Of a DNA stretch of 64,000 nt, positions 19,608 through 29,851 are shown one piece after another (within the stretch, counting starts at the first letter, position 1; the number at the start of each line of letters is the position of its first letter). The DNA is from an uncultured Actinomycetes bacterium (GTDB taxonomy: Bacteria; Actinomycetota; UBA4738; JBBDTT01). A model generated the notes under the pieces. That model searched no databases, had not been told where the DNA came from, and saw only the letters and a program-made list of their open reading frames with translations. Made by a program: the position numbers and the translations under genes. Where the stretch lies: NCBI GenBank assembly GCA_963742735.1, contig CAVUMN010000004.1, forward strand, positions 1,408,001 to 1,472,000. Direction: 5' to 3'.

Positions 19608-20620
19608 AGGCCGTGGTGCTCGTCGGCGGCGAGGGCACGCGCCTGCGCCCGCTGACCGAGACCATCCCCAAGCCGCTGCTGGAGTTCCTGCATCGGCCGT
19701 TCCTGCACACGGTGCTGGACCATCTGGCGGCCCACGGGGTCGAGGAGGCGGTCCTGTCCTCCCCGTATCTCGAGGAGCGGTTCGCGGGGTTCCTCGCGTC
19801 GCGCGAGGGTCACGCGCCGGCGGTCACGTGGATCACGGAGGACCAGCCGCTGGGGACGGCGGGGGCGATCGCCCACGCCCTGCCACACCTGGACGGCCCG
19901 ACGTTCGTCCTGAACGGCGACATCCTCACGGACCTGGATCTCGGCGCCCTGCTGGCGCTGCATCGAGACACCGAAGCCGTCGCCACGATCGCGCTCACCC
20001 CGGTCGAGGACGCCCGCCCCTACGGGTTGGTGACCACGCGGGGAACGCGGGTCCGCGCGTTCCGCGAGAAGCCCCAGGACCCCATCCCCGGCAACGTCAA
20101 CGCCGGCACCTACGTGCTGGAGCCCGAGGCCCTCGACGGCGTCCCCGCCGGCCGGACGATCTCGATCGAGCGGGAGGTGTTCCCGGCGCTCATCAAGGCG
20201 GGCCGGATCGTCTCCGCGTTCGCGTCCGACGCCTACTGGCTGGACCTCGGGACCCCCGAGCGTTACCTGCAGGCGCACTTCGACGTCCTGGAGGGACGCG
20301 TGCGCGGCTTCGACGTCCCCGCCCCGTTCGTGGCCGAGGGCGCGCGGGTGGACCTGCGGGCTCGCCTGGGGCGGTGGGTGGTGGTCGGGCCCGACGCCGA
20401 GATCGCCCGGGACGCCGAGGTCGAGGACTCCCTGGTCCAGCGGGAGGCCTCCGTCGAGGCCGGCGCGCGGGTGCGGAACTCCATTCTGGGCCCGGACTCC
20501 GACGTCGGCGCCGGGGCGGTCCTGACCGGCGCGGTGCTGGCCGAGGGCGCTCGCGTGGCTCCCGGCGTGGTCGCCGACGGAGCCCGGGTGGGCCCCGAGG
20601 AGCTGTTCACCGGCCCCTGA
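19604..20620 (+). CDS. NDP-sugar synthase, likely mannose-1-phosphate guanylyltransferase
   Basis: GGEGTRLRPLT..PKP, LGTAGA, NGD, EKP, WLDLGTP; hexapeptide C-terminus. Confidence 0.88.
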   Translation: MKAVVLVGGEGTRLRPLTETIPKPLLEFLHRPFLHTVLDHLAAHGVEEAVLSSPYLEERFAGFLASREGHAPAVTWITEDQPLGTAGAIAHALPHLDGPTFVLNGDILTDLDLGALLALHRDTEAVATIALTPVEDARPYGLVTTRGTRVRAFREKPQDPIPGNVNAGTYVLEPEALDGVPAGRTISIEREVFPALIKAGRIVSAFASDAYWLDLGTPERYLQAHFDVLEGRVRGFDVPAPFVAEGARVDLRARLGRWVVVGPDAEIARDAEVEDSLVQREASVEAGARVRNSILGPDSDVGAGAVLTGAVLAEGARVAPGVVADGARVGPEELFTGP

Positions 20621-20700
20621 GCCCGCAGGCAGGATTCCCTGAATCGGCCAAATCGCTGTGCTACCTTGGGGGTCCACGCCCCCGACACCTGAAGGGACCG

Positions 20701-22410
20701 ATGCGTAGGACCGCGCTCGTGATCGCGCTCGTCGCGGGCCTCCTGATGGGAGGCTCCGGCGCCGCGCGGGCCGCCATCGACTTCGACCTGTACGGCGGCG
20801 GCTACGGCCATGGCCTCGGCCTGTCGCAGTACGGGGCGTACGGCCTGACGCAGAAGGGGTGGACCCGCAACGGGATCCTCCAGCGGTTCTACACGGGCAC
20901 CACGGTCGCCGCCGCCACCGCCCCGCCGTCGAGCATCCGGGTCGGCCTCATCCAGGGCTTCGTGTCGACGCGGGTCAAGGCCGTGGGCGGCGCCGTGAAC
21001 GTGAAGATCGGCGGAACCGCCCTTCCGAACGTGGCCACGATCCCCGAGGGCGAGACGTGGACGATCTCGGTGTGCGCCGGCAAGTACTGCGTGAAGCGTC
21101 CCGACGGGACCCAGGCCGCGACCGGGGGCGGCACCGGCTCGCACCTCTTCCTCACCTACCAGCCCTCGGGGAACTCGGTGTTCCTCTACGGCACGAACCA
21201 CACCTACGACCGGGGCTGGATGGAGTTCAACATCTACGCCCCGTGCACGGGGTGCGCCCTCGACTTCCGGGTGATCAACGTCGCGGGCCTTCAGGGATAC
21301 CTGTACGGCCTGGGCGAGGTCCCCAGCTCGTGGCCGGCGACGACCCTCCAGGTGCAGGCCGTCGCCGCCCGGACCTACGCGCTCTACAAGGTCAACACGA
21401 GCGGACAGAACCGGCCGGTCTGCAACTGCGCCGTCTACGCCAGCACGCTCGACCAGGTCTACGTGGGCGCCGACAAGGTGAACGCGGCGTTCGGCGCCAA
21501 CTGGAAGGCCGCGGTCGACGCCACCAACAACCTGATCGTGAAGAAGGGCACGTCGCCGATCGGGGCCTTCTACCACTCGTCCTCGGGCGGGTTCACCGAG
21601 AACAACGAGAACGTGTGGGGCGGCGCGCCGCTCGACTACCTGCGCGGACGGTGCGACCCCGGCGACTACACGACCGCGAACCCCAACCGGACCTGGACCT
21701 CCACCTTCACCGGGGCGGCGATCGGGAACCTCCTGGCCTCGTACACCGGGACCGACATCGGCGACGCCACGAGCTTCTCCGACACCAGCCGCGGCGTGTC
21801 GGGACGGATCATCGAGACGAAGGTCAACGGGACGAACGGGTCGGTCACCGTGTCCGGCTCGACCCTTCGGCGCGCGCTCGGGCTGAAGGACCACCACGTC
21901 TGGATCAACAGCAACCGGAACGTCACCGGGACCATCCGCACGACCTACGACAGCCGAATGTGCGCCCCGGGGCTCCCGACCTCCGTCTCGATCACCGTCA
22001 CCGGCGGCCGGTACCAGGCCTTCAACGACGGACGGATCTACGCGAACAATGCGCTCGGCGGCGCGTACTGGACCCACGGGCCCATCGGCGACAAGTACAT
22101 CGCCATGGGTGCGCACACCAGCGTCCTCGGCATCCCCCGGGAGGGGATCGTCGCGGTTGGCTCCACCGGCGGCAGCCGTGAGAACTTCGAGGGCGGAACG
22201 ATCTACTACAAGGCCGCGACCGGCGCCCACGAGGTCCACGGCCGCATCTACAACGTGTACCTCAGCAAGGGTGGCGCCACCAGCTCGCTGGGCTACCCCA
22301 AGACGGACGTCGTGAATCAGGGGAACGGGACGCTGAAGTCCACCTTCGAGCACGGCACGATCACGTGCCCGAACTCCGACACCGGCTCCTGCACGACCGT
22401 CGTCAGCTAG
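20701..22410 (+). CDS. secreted SpoIID/LytB-domain protein with C-terminal LGFP repeats
   Basis: Signal peptide, GYGHGLGLSQYGA, EVPSSW, QAVAARTYA, DQVY; repeats with LGIP/LGYP...FEGG. Confidence 0.88.
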   Translation: MRRTALVIALVAGLLMGGSGAARAAIDFDLYGGGYGHGLGLSQYGAYGLTQKGWTRNGILQRFYTGTTVAAATAPPSSIRVGLIQGFVSTRVKAVGGAVNVKIGGTALPNVATIPEGETWTISVCAGKYCVKRPDGTQAATGGGTGSHLFLTYQPSGNSVFLYGTNHTYDRGWMEFNIYAPCTGCALDFRVINVAGLQGYLYGLGEVPSSWPATTLQVQAVAARTYALYKVNTSGQNRPVCNCAVYASTLDQVYVGADKVNAAFGANWKAAVDATNNLIVKKGTSPIGAFYHSSSGGFTENNENVWGGAPLDYLRGRCDPGDYTTANPNRTWTSTFTGAAIGNLLASYTGTDIGDATSFSDTSRGVSGRIIETKVNGTNGSVTVSGSTLRRALGLKDHHVWINSNRNVTGTIRTTYDSRMCAPGLPTSVSITVTGGRYQAFNDGRIYANNALGGAYWTHGPIGDKYIAMGAHTSVLGIPREGIVAVGSTGGSRENFEGGTIYYKAATGAHEVHGRIYNVYLSKGGATSSLGYPKTDVVNQGNGTLKSTFEHGTITCPNSDTGSCTTVVS

Positions 22411-22413
22411 GGC

Positions 22414-23157
22414 TCAAGCCGCGCCGGGCTCCGGCGCGTGGTTCTCGCCTCTGAACGCCTCGATCCAGCCGTTGGCGATGGTGGTGGCCTGGGCCGGCTC
22501 AATGGTGGACGGGCAGGTCATCAGGTAGTTCCACGCCGCGAACGCGACCGAGGTGCCCTCGGGAAGCCCGGCGTAGGGGGCCAGGATGACCTTCTCCTCG
22601 TCGGTGGCGGCCTCGGTGAGGGCACCGACGACCTCCTCCGGCGTCGCGTCCGGTTCCTCGGCCGTGTAGTACATGACGGCGTAGGCGTGCTCCATGCTGT
22701 GGACGAGCTTCGCCTCCTCCTGCGGGGACTCGTACACGCCTGCGTCGAGCGGCGACGGGTCGTGGCGCCCGGACGTCGCCGGGACGTCCTCGTAGGCGTA
22801 CGGCTGCTCGTGCCCGCCGCCGAAGTCCTGCTGCCGTTCCATGGGCGAGCACCCGGCGGCCTCGGCCGCGGCGACCGTCTCCTCCGAGAGCTCCGGCGTG
22901 CCGACCCGGGTCAGGAACCAGAAGATCCCCGCGATCAGGGCCGCGATCCCCACCACGGTCACGACCCGGCGGATGGCCGCACGGCGCCGGTAGCTCTTGA
23001 TCGCCCGCTCCCGCGCCCGCCGGGCCTCCTCCTTGTACTGGCGGCGCTGCGGGGGAGCGGCCTTCGCCGGCGCCTTGGTCTCGGACGCGCTCGCGGCCGC
23101 CGACGGCTTGGCCGCCGGGGGCGTGTAGGGGCGCTTCCGCTTGCGTTTCTTGGCCAT
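22414..23157 (-). CDS. DUF3105-family membrane-anchored protein
   Basis: Basic N-terminus, TM, PATSGRH, LVHSMEH, AAW and APE motifs. Confidence 0.8.
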   Translation of the reverse strand: MAKKRKRKRPYTPPAAKPSAAASASETKAPAKAAPPQRRQYKEEARRARERAIKSYRRRAAIRRVVTVVGIAALIAGIFWFLTRVGTPELSEETVAAAEAAGCSPMERQQDFGGGHEQPYAYEDVPATSGRHDPSPLDAGVYESPQEEAKLVHSMEHAYAVMYYTAEEPDATPEEVVGALTEAATDEEKVILAPYAGLPEGTSVAFAAWNYLMTCPSTIEPAQATTIANGWIEAFRGENHAPEPGAA

Positions 23158-23160
23158 GCG

Positions 23161-23487
23161 TCAACCCTTGGGAGTGCCGGGAAACTTGAACTCTACCGGC
23201 TGGGTTCCCAATCGAGCTGCGAGGCGGCCGAGGTACACGATCACCAGCACACCGAGGAAGGTGACGGTCAGCGCATAGACGAAGAGCGCGGCGACCTGGC
23301 CCGCCGTCCCGAACAGCTGCTCGAACCACTTCTGGATCGCCGTGTTCCAGGCGAGGGCGACCACGACGCCGAACGCGGTGCTGACCAGCGAGATGACGGT
23401 GGCCAGGAACTCCTTGGAGAACCGGCCCGCCTGCTTCGTCACCAGGTCGATCGGCTTCAGGTCCTCGTTCTCGGTCTCGTCTGCCAT
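23161..23487 (-). CDS. small 2-TM protein, DUF5654-like
   Basis: MADETENEDL...TAFGVVVALAWNTAIQ...YAL; GGGAGG RBS. Confidence 0.75.
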   Translation of the reverse strand: MADETENEDLKPIDLVTKQAGRFSKEFLATVISLVSTAFGVVVALAWNTAIQKWFEQLFGTAGQVAALFVYALTVTFLGVLVIVYLGRLAARLGTQPVEFKFPGTPKG

Positions 23488-23536
23488 CGGGTCCTCCCTG
23501 TCGACGGGTCCACGGATGCTAACCAGGCGCCGCGAA

Positions 23537-23565
23537 TTGAGTCCGGGGCTCCGGCTCCCTATGCT
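23537..23565 (+). promoter_or_regulatory. sigma-A-type promoter TTGAGT-N17-TATGCT for the NCS2 permease
   Basis: Consensus-like hexamers with 17-bp spacer. Confidence 0.6.
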
Positions 23566-23613
23566 TCGCGTGCCTTCCCCGCCGGGCTTCCCCCTGGGGA
23601 AAGGAGCGCGCGT

Positions 23614-25018
23614 ATGGCGACGGAGACACGCCCGTCGACCTCCGCGTCGGGCCTCGACCGCTTCTTCCACATCTCCGAGCGCGGGTCGACCGTGCGAACG
23701 GAGCTGCTGGCCGGGGTCGCCACGTGGCTCACGATGGCCTACATCCTGTTCGTCAACCCCGCGATCCTGGGGGCGGTCGCGGATCGCGACGGCGTCCAGC
23801 TGGCCTTCCCGCAGGTCCTGACGGTGACGGCGCTGGTCGCCGGGGTCATGTGCCTCCTGATGGGCCTCTACGCGAACTACCCGTTCGCGCTGGCGGCGGG
23901 GCTCGGCCTGAACGCGTTCGTGGCGTTCACGCTGGTGCTCGGCAACCAGCTGACGTGGCCCGAGGCGATGGGGGTGATCCTCATCGAGGGGCTGGCCATC
24001 ACGGTCCTGGTCCTCACCGGGTTGCGGGAGGCGATCCTCAACGCGATCCCCATGGACCTGAAACGGGCCATCGGGATCGGCATCGGCCTGTTCATCGCGT
24101 TCATCGGCCTCGAGGAGGCCGGCGTGGTGATCCGGCCGGAGAGCGCCGACCCGATCGTGACCCTCAGCCGGGATCTCACGACCCTGCGGATGCTGGTGTT
24201 CGCGTTCGGGCTCGCGTTGACGGGGATCCTCGTGGCCCGCAAGACGCGGGGAGCCCTGCTGATCGGGATCCTCGGAGCCACCGCGCTGGCCCTGGTCCTG
24301 AACTACGGCTGGGTGGACAAGGGCCTGTACGAGCTGCCCGGCGTCGGCCTGTTCCCCAGCGACGTCGTCCAGGGCCCGGACTTCTCGCTCCTGGGCAACG
24401 TGTCGTTCAACGTGTTCGAGGTCCTGGGGTGGGCGACGGCGCTCGCCGCCATCCTGTCGGTGATGCTCTCCGACTTCTTCGACACGATGGGGACCGTCGT
24501 CGGCCTGGGCGGCGAGGCGGGGCTGCTCGACAAGGACGGCAAGCTCCCGAGGATCAAGCGGGTGCTGCTCGTCGACTCGCTGGCCGCGGCGGCCGGCGGG
24601 GCCGCGTCGGCCTCCTCGAACACCACGTACATCGAGAGCGCCTCGGGCATCGCCGAGGGCGGCCGTACCGGGTTGACCTCGGTGGTCGTCGGCGTGCTGT
24701 TCCTGCTGTCGCTGTTCCTCTCGCCGATCGCGGGGATGATCCCGCCCGAGGCGACGGCGCCGGTCCTGGTCATCGTCGGCTACTTCATGATGACGCTGGT
24801 CAAGGACATCGACTGGGCCGACCCGCCGGATCGGCATCTCGGCCCTGCTGACGATGGTCATGATGCCGTTTACCTTCAGCATCACGAACGGCGTGGCCGC
24901 CGGGTTCGTGGCGTACACGGTCCTCAGTGTCGGGGCCGGGAAGTGGAAGGAGGTCCACCCGCTTCTGTACGGGGTCTCGGCGGTGTTCGTCTGGTACTTC
25001 CTGCGCGGCGTGGTCTAG
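23614..25018 (+). CDS. NCS2/AzgA-family purine permease; apparent frameshift near 24825
   Basis: TMAYILFVNPAIL, DFFDTMGT, TTYIESASG and GGRTGLT motifs; C-terminus continues in another frame to TAG 25018. Confidence 0.9.
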
Positions 25019-26292
25019 CCGCGGCGCAGGTGGTCCTCGATGGCGAGCGGTGACCGCTCGGGTGGGCCCTCCGCGGGTGGAGGGCCCACCGCGATCGCGC
25101 CCATCGGGATCCACTCGGGCCCGAGGCCGAGGGACTCGCGCGCCTCGTCCTTGCAGAACAGGGTGGAGGAGACCCAGCACGAGGCGAGGCCCTGGGCGTG
25201 GAGCGCGAGCATGAAGCTCTGCACCGCGGCGCCGCCGGAGAGCAGGAACATCTCGCGCTCGGCCGCCGTGCGCTCGTCGTCCGCGTAGGCCTGTGCCCCG
25301 TCCGGCCGGAGGGCGGGGATCACCAGCAGGGGGGCCTCGCCGAGCAGCGCGTCCGAGCGCGCCAGGCGGCGGGCGATGACCGCCTCGTCGGTCCCGTCGG
25401 TTCGCAGGTCGGCCGCCCAGGCGTCGGCCATCGCCGAGAGCAGCCGCCGGCGGCCCGCCGGGGACTCGAGCGCCAGGAACAGCCACGGGCGCGTGTGGTG
25501 GGGGGCCGGCGCCGTGCACGCCGCCCGGACCGCCTCCTCGACGGCCTCGCGAGGGACGCCCCCCTCGCCGAAGGACCGGATGGAACGACGGGCGTGGATG
25601 GCCTGGAGCGGCGACTCGCGGAACAGGTCCTCCTCGGGCGGGCGGACCAGGTCGCGGCCGGTCCCGTCGGGGGCGGACCACTCGAGTCCGCGGACGATCG
25701 CCACCGGGATCCCCTCGGCCTTGCCCATCACCAGCCCGCCCGCGGCCGCGACCTCGTCGGCCAGGGCGACCTCGGTGACCTCGAGCTCGCGTCCGCCCGC
25801 GTCCGACGTCCCCCGCAGATCCACGGACGCCGGCATGCCGGCGACGCCGATCGCCACGTTCACGAGCCCGGTCCGCCACGGCCTCCCGAAGGTGTCGGTG
25901 ACGACCACGGCGACCCGCGCGCCGGTCCGGGCCTCGAGTCCCTTGCGGATGCCCTCGGCCGAGCCATCCGGGTCCTCGGGGAGCAGGGAAAGGAACCCCT
26001 CTGCCACGTTCGACGCGTCCACGCCCGCGTTCGCGCAGACGAACCCATGGCGCGTCTCGGCGATGACCAGCTCGCCGCGGCGGGCGACGGTGCGAACCGA
26101 CTCCCGCGCGACCCAGCGGTCTCGGCCCTCGGCGTCGGGCACCACGCGCCCCTCCGCCTTCGACACCACCTTCTGGGTGACCACCACGACGTCGCCGTCG
26201 CGCAGATCCTCGTGGGCGGCGATCAGCTCGGCGAGGTCGTCGCCCTTGCGGACCTCGGGGAGCCCGGCGACCGGGATGAGCTCGACGCGCAC
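25015..26292 (-). CDS. fbiB: coenzyme F420-0:L-glutamate ligase with C-terminal nitroreductase domain
   Basis: TQKVVSKAEG, ANAGVDASN, DTFGRPWR, then RRSIRSF and APAPHHTRPW. Confidence 0.95.
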   Translation of the reverse strand: MRVELIPVAGLPEVRKGDDLAELIAAHEDLRDGDVVVVTQKVVSKAEGRVVPDAEGRDRWVARESVRTVARRGELVIAETRHGFVCANAGVDASNVAEGFLSLLPEDPDGSAEGIRKGLEARTGARVAVVVTDTFGRPWRTGLVNVAIGVAGMPASVDLRGTSDAGGRELEVTEVALADEVAAAGGLVMGKAEGIPVAIVRGLEWSAPDGTGRDLVRPPEEDLFRESPLQAIHARRSIRSFGEGGVPREAVEEAVRAACTAPAPHHTRPWLFLALESPAGRRRLLSAMADAWAADLRTDGTDEAVIARRLARSDALLGEAPLLVIPALRPDGAQAYADDERTAAEREMFLLSGGAAVQSFMLALHAQGLASCWVSSTLFCKDEARESLGLGPEWIPMGAIAVGPPPAEGPPERSPLAIEDHLRRG

Positions 26293-26293
26293 G

Positions 26294-27225
26294 TCAGCTC
26301 ACCAGCGCGAGCGCGGTACGGGCGATCGTCTCGGAGACGTCGTCGTCGGCCATGATCGTGTCGGTCACGGCGACGTTGATCCCGAGGCCCTCGACGTCCG
26401 GCGCGAGCGCGCGGTCGGCCTCGTCGATGACCCATCCGCCGAGCAGCCCCTCGTACGCCCGCGCCGCCCCCACGGCGGTCACGTCGAGCCCGGCCGCCGG
26501 CATGAGCTTGTCCGCCATGCCCGCCACGGGCGCGCCGCCCACGATCGGGCTGACCCCGACGACCGTGTCCCGGCGTGCGGCGAGGGCGTCGCGGACGCCG
26601 CCGAGGGCCAGGATGGGACCGAGCGACACCACCGGGTTCGACGGGCACAGCACCACCGCGTCGGCCTCGGCGATCGCCTCGAGGACCCCGGGCGACGGGC
26701 GCGCGTCGGCGATGCCGGCGAACATGATGCCGGTCACCTCGTCCCGGGCGTGGCGCGCAACCCAGTACTCCTGGAAGTGGAGGTCCTCGCCGCCGGTCGT
26801 CTGGATTCGCGTGGTGACCGACGTGTCGGACATGGGCAGGAGCTGCGATCCGACGCCGAACGCGCGGCGCACCGCGTCGGTGGCATCCGAGAGGGTCGCG
26901 CCGGCGCCCAGCAGCCGGGTCCGCATCTGGTGGGTCGCCAGGTCGAGATCCCCGAGTGCGAACCAGCCGCCCTCGGGATCGATCCGCTTCAGCTCCTCGA
27001 ACGCACGGAACGTCTCCCCGCCCCGGCCCCACCCACGCTCGCGGTCGAACACGTCGCCCAGCCAGTAGGTGACCGAGTCCAGGTCGGGGGAGACGTGAGC
27101 CCGTTCAGGACGAGGTCGTCGCCGGTGTTCACCACTACCGTGACGTCCTCGGGCGGAACCGCGCGGACCAAGCCGCGCAGGAACTTCCCCGCGCCGATCC
27201 CGCCCGCCAGCGCCGTGACCTTCAT
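26294..27225 (-). CDS. fbiA: 2-phospho-L-lactate/PEP transferase CofD; apparent frameshift near 27097
   Basis: MKVTALAGGIGAGKFL, VNTGDD, WFALGDLD, HFQEYWV and PSNPVVS motifs. Confidence 0.93.
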
Positions 27226-27277
27226 GCCGGGAACCCTATCCGCAGGTGGCGAGTGGACGAGGGCCGAACGAGTAGCC

Positions 27278-29851
27278 ATGCTCCGTCGCGTTCTCGTCCC
27301 GATCGCCGTGCTCGCGCTGCTCGGCCTCCCATCGCCGGTCGCCGCGCAGCCCGGCACGGAGATCCGGTCCGGAAACCTCCTGCTGAGGGTCGACCCGGAT
27401 CCGTTCGCGCTGGAGTTCGTCGACGCCGCGGACGGGGACGTGCTCCGAACGCTGGGTGGAGAGCTCGCGGACCCCTCCGCGCCGCACGCCCGGTACGGGC
27501 CGCTCGGGTACTCCTTCGACCTCCGCGTCCCGGTGGTCAACAACGCGTTCCTGGGGTACTACGTCGCCGCCGAGGCCGAGACGGTGTGGTTCCACGCGGC
27601 GCGCCTGCTCGAGGCCCGGCGTGATGCCCGGGGGACGACCCTCCGCGTGGAAACGAACGACCCGCTCGGCCACGAGCTCGAGGTGCGGATCGCGCGGGCG
27701 GGGTCCGGCGGGCTCTCGGTCGCGTCGCGGATCGCGCCGGGCTCCGGCCCGCTGGCGGACCTGGCCTCTGTCTCGGGAGCGGCATTCCGGGCCGACCCGG
27801 CCGAGCGCTACCTGGGATTCGGCGAGCGGTCGAACGCCGTCGACCAGACGGGCAACCGCGTGTTCTCGTGGGCCGAGGAGGGGCCGTTCTCCTCGGGCGA
27901 CGGCGAGGCCCTTCTTCGTCCGCTGGTTCCGGGGTTCACCTTCCCGACCGGGCCCACGACGTCGAACTTCCCGATCCCGTGGCTCGTCTCGACGCGCGGC
28001 TTCGGGGTGCTCATCGACCAGACCGAGCGCTCGGCGTTCAACCTGCGCAACCACCGCGACGACGCCTGGCAGGCCGAGGCGGAGTCCGCACGGCTGCGCC
28101 TGACCGTCTTCGCCGGGCCGGACCCCGCCGACGTGGTCCGGCGGTACTCGGCGTACGCGGGTCGCCAGCCCGCGCCGACCCCCTGGATCTTCGGGCCGTG
28201 GTTCCAGCCGACCCTCGAGGCCGAGCCGTACGAGGTCGCTGACCGGTTCCGGGCCGAGGACGTCCCCGTGAGCGTTGCGCAGACCTACACGCACTACCTG
28301 CCCTGCGGCGCGCACGTCGGTCAGGCCGATCCGGAGCGTGACCGCGTTCGCGGCTACCACGCCCGCGGATATCGCATCACCACGTACTTCAACCCGCACG
28401 TCTGCACGACGTACCAGCCGGTGTACGACGAGGCGGCGGCGAACGGCTGGTTCGTGAAGGACCGGCTCGGCGAGCCCTACGTGGTGTCGAACCCGTTCAC
28501 CGCCGACGAGCAGGTCGCGCTGATCGACTTCACCGATCCCGGCGCCGTTCGCTTCTTCGGCCGGCTGCTCGACGAGGCCGTCGCGGCCGGCTACGACGGG
28601 TGGATGGAGGACTTCGGCGAGTACGTTCCGACGGACTCGGTGTTCTCGAACGGCGCGTCCGGGCTGGTGATGCACAACCGGTACCCGGTGCTCTACCACG
28701 GCGCGTCCACCAGGCATACGGGCTCCCGCACGCCGGCCGTGTTCGTGCGTTCCGGGTTCCACGGTGTTCAGCCCCACGCGCGAGTGGTGTGGGGCGGCGA
28801 TCCCACCGAGGACTGGTCCTGCGCCGACGGGCTCTGCGCCGCGGTTCACCAGTCGTTGTCGACGGGCCTGTCCGGCGTGGCGTACTGGGGCTCGGACATC
28901 GGCGGGTTCCACGCGGTGGTAAACGACCGCACCGACGACGAGCTGAACATCCGTTGGCTCCAGTTCGGGGCGGTGAGCGGCGTGATGCGGACCCAGGCGA
29001 ACGGGTTCAGCGTCCAGGACGACCGCGCCGATCGTTCACAGGTCTGGCACCCGGAGGTCCTGCCGGTCTGGCGGCGCTACGCGAAGCTGAGGACCCAGCT
29101 GTATCCGTACCTTCGCGCCGCCTCGCGCGAGTACCAGCGATCGGGGCTGCCGATCGCCCGGCACCTCGCCCTGGCCTACCCGGAGGATGCGCGCGCCGTC
29201 GCCCAGCAGGAAACGTTCCTGTTCGGCCCGGATCTGCTGGCCGCGCCGGTGATCGAGCCCGGGGTGCGCGAACGCTCCGTCTATCTCCCGCCGGGAAGCT
29301 GGATCGACCTGTGGCGGTCCGCCGCCTACGTCGCCTCGACGGGGTCCCTGCGGCTGGGCCGGGCCCGGATCCTGGAGGGCGGATCGGCCGCGGTCCTGCC
29401 GGCTCCGCTCGAGGAGCTTCCGCTCCTGGTCCGCGCCGGCGCGGTCCTGCCGATGCTCTCCCCGGACGTCGACACCCTGGCGGGGGTGGGGGCGGGCCGC
29501 GGAATCGTCGACCTCGCCGATCGCACGGGCCGGCTCCACCTGCTGGCCCTTCCCAGGGGTCCGAGCTCCAGCACCTTCCTCGACGGCGAGCAGCTCCGGT
29601 CGCGGGAGGGCCGCGGGCGCTGGACCCTCGAGATCCGCGGCGGACGGACGCGGACCTACGAGCTGCAGGCCAGCCTGCGAACGCTGTCGCGGCCCTTCGC
29701 GCCCTGCTCCGTGACGCTCGGGGGCCGCCCCGTGACGCGGTGGTTGTACGATCGATCCACCGGCGTCCTGCGAGCCACCTTCAAGACCGCCGTGGGCTCG
29801 CTGATCGTCGCGAGCTGCCCACCCCCGAGCGCCTTCGCACGCGTTGCCTAG
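27278..29851 (+). CDS. secreted glycoside hydrolase family 31
   Basis: Signal peptide, GFGER, GWMEDFGE nucleophile, WGGD acid/base, SDIGGF, RWLQFG, FGPDLLAAPV. Confidence 0.9.
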   Translation: MLRRVLVPIAVLALLGLPSPVAAQPGTEIRSGNLLLRVDPDPFALEFVDAADGDVLRTLGGELADPSAPHARYGPLGYSFDLRVPVVNNAFLGYYVAAEAETVWFHAARLLEARRDARGTTLRVETNDPLGHELEVRIARAGSGGLSVASRIAPGSGPLADLASVSGAAFRADPAERYLGFGERSNAVDQTGNRVFSWAEEGPFSSGDGEALLRPLVPGFTFPTGPTTSNFPIPWLVSTRGFGVLIDQTERSAFNLRNHRDDAWQAEAESARLRLTVFAGPDPADVVRRYSAYAGRQPAPTPWIFGPWFQPTLEAEPYEVADRFRAEDVPVSVAQTYTHYLPCGAHVGQADPERDRVRGYHARGYRITTYFNPHVCTTYQPVYDEAAANGWFVKDRLGEPYVVSNPFTADEQVALIDFTDPGAVRFFGRLLDEAVAAGYDGWMEDFGEYVPTDSVFSNGASGLVMHNRYPVLYHGASTRHTGSRTPAVFVRSGFHGVQPHARVVWGGDPTEDWSCADGLCAAVHQSLSTGLSGVAYWGSDIGGFHAVVNDRTDDELNIRWLQFGAVSGVMRTQANGFSVQDDRADRSQVWHPEVLPVWRRYAKLRTQLYPYLRAASREYQRSGLPIARHLALAYPEDARAVAQQETFLFGPDLLAAPVIEPGVRERSVYLPPGSWIDLWRSAAYVASTGSLRLGRARILEGGSAAVLPAPLEELPLLVRAGAVLPMLSPDVDTLAGVGAGRGIVDLADRTGRLHLLALPRGPSSSTFLDGEQLRSREGRGRWTLEIRGGRTRTYELQASLRTLSRPFAPCSVTLGGRPVTRWLYDRSTGVLRATFKTAVGSLIVASCPPPSAFARVA

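Noticed and set aside
23488-23613. Classical purine riboswitch before the NCS2 permease
   Set aside because: Predicted leader is only about 42 nt and lacks the three-way junction consensus
25376-27277. Apparent N-terminal extension making the GH31 a 1491-aa protein
   Set aside because: Overlaps fbiA/fbiB antisense; the signal peptide starts at ATG 27278
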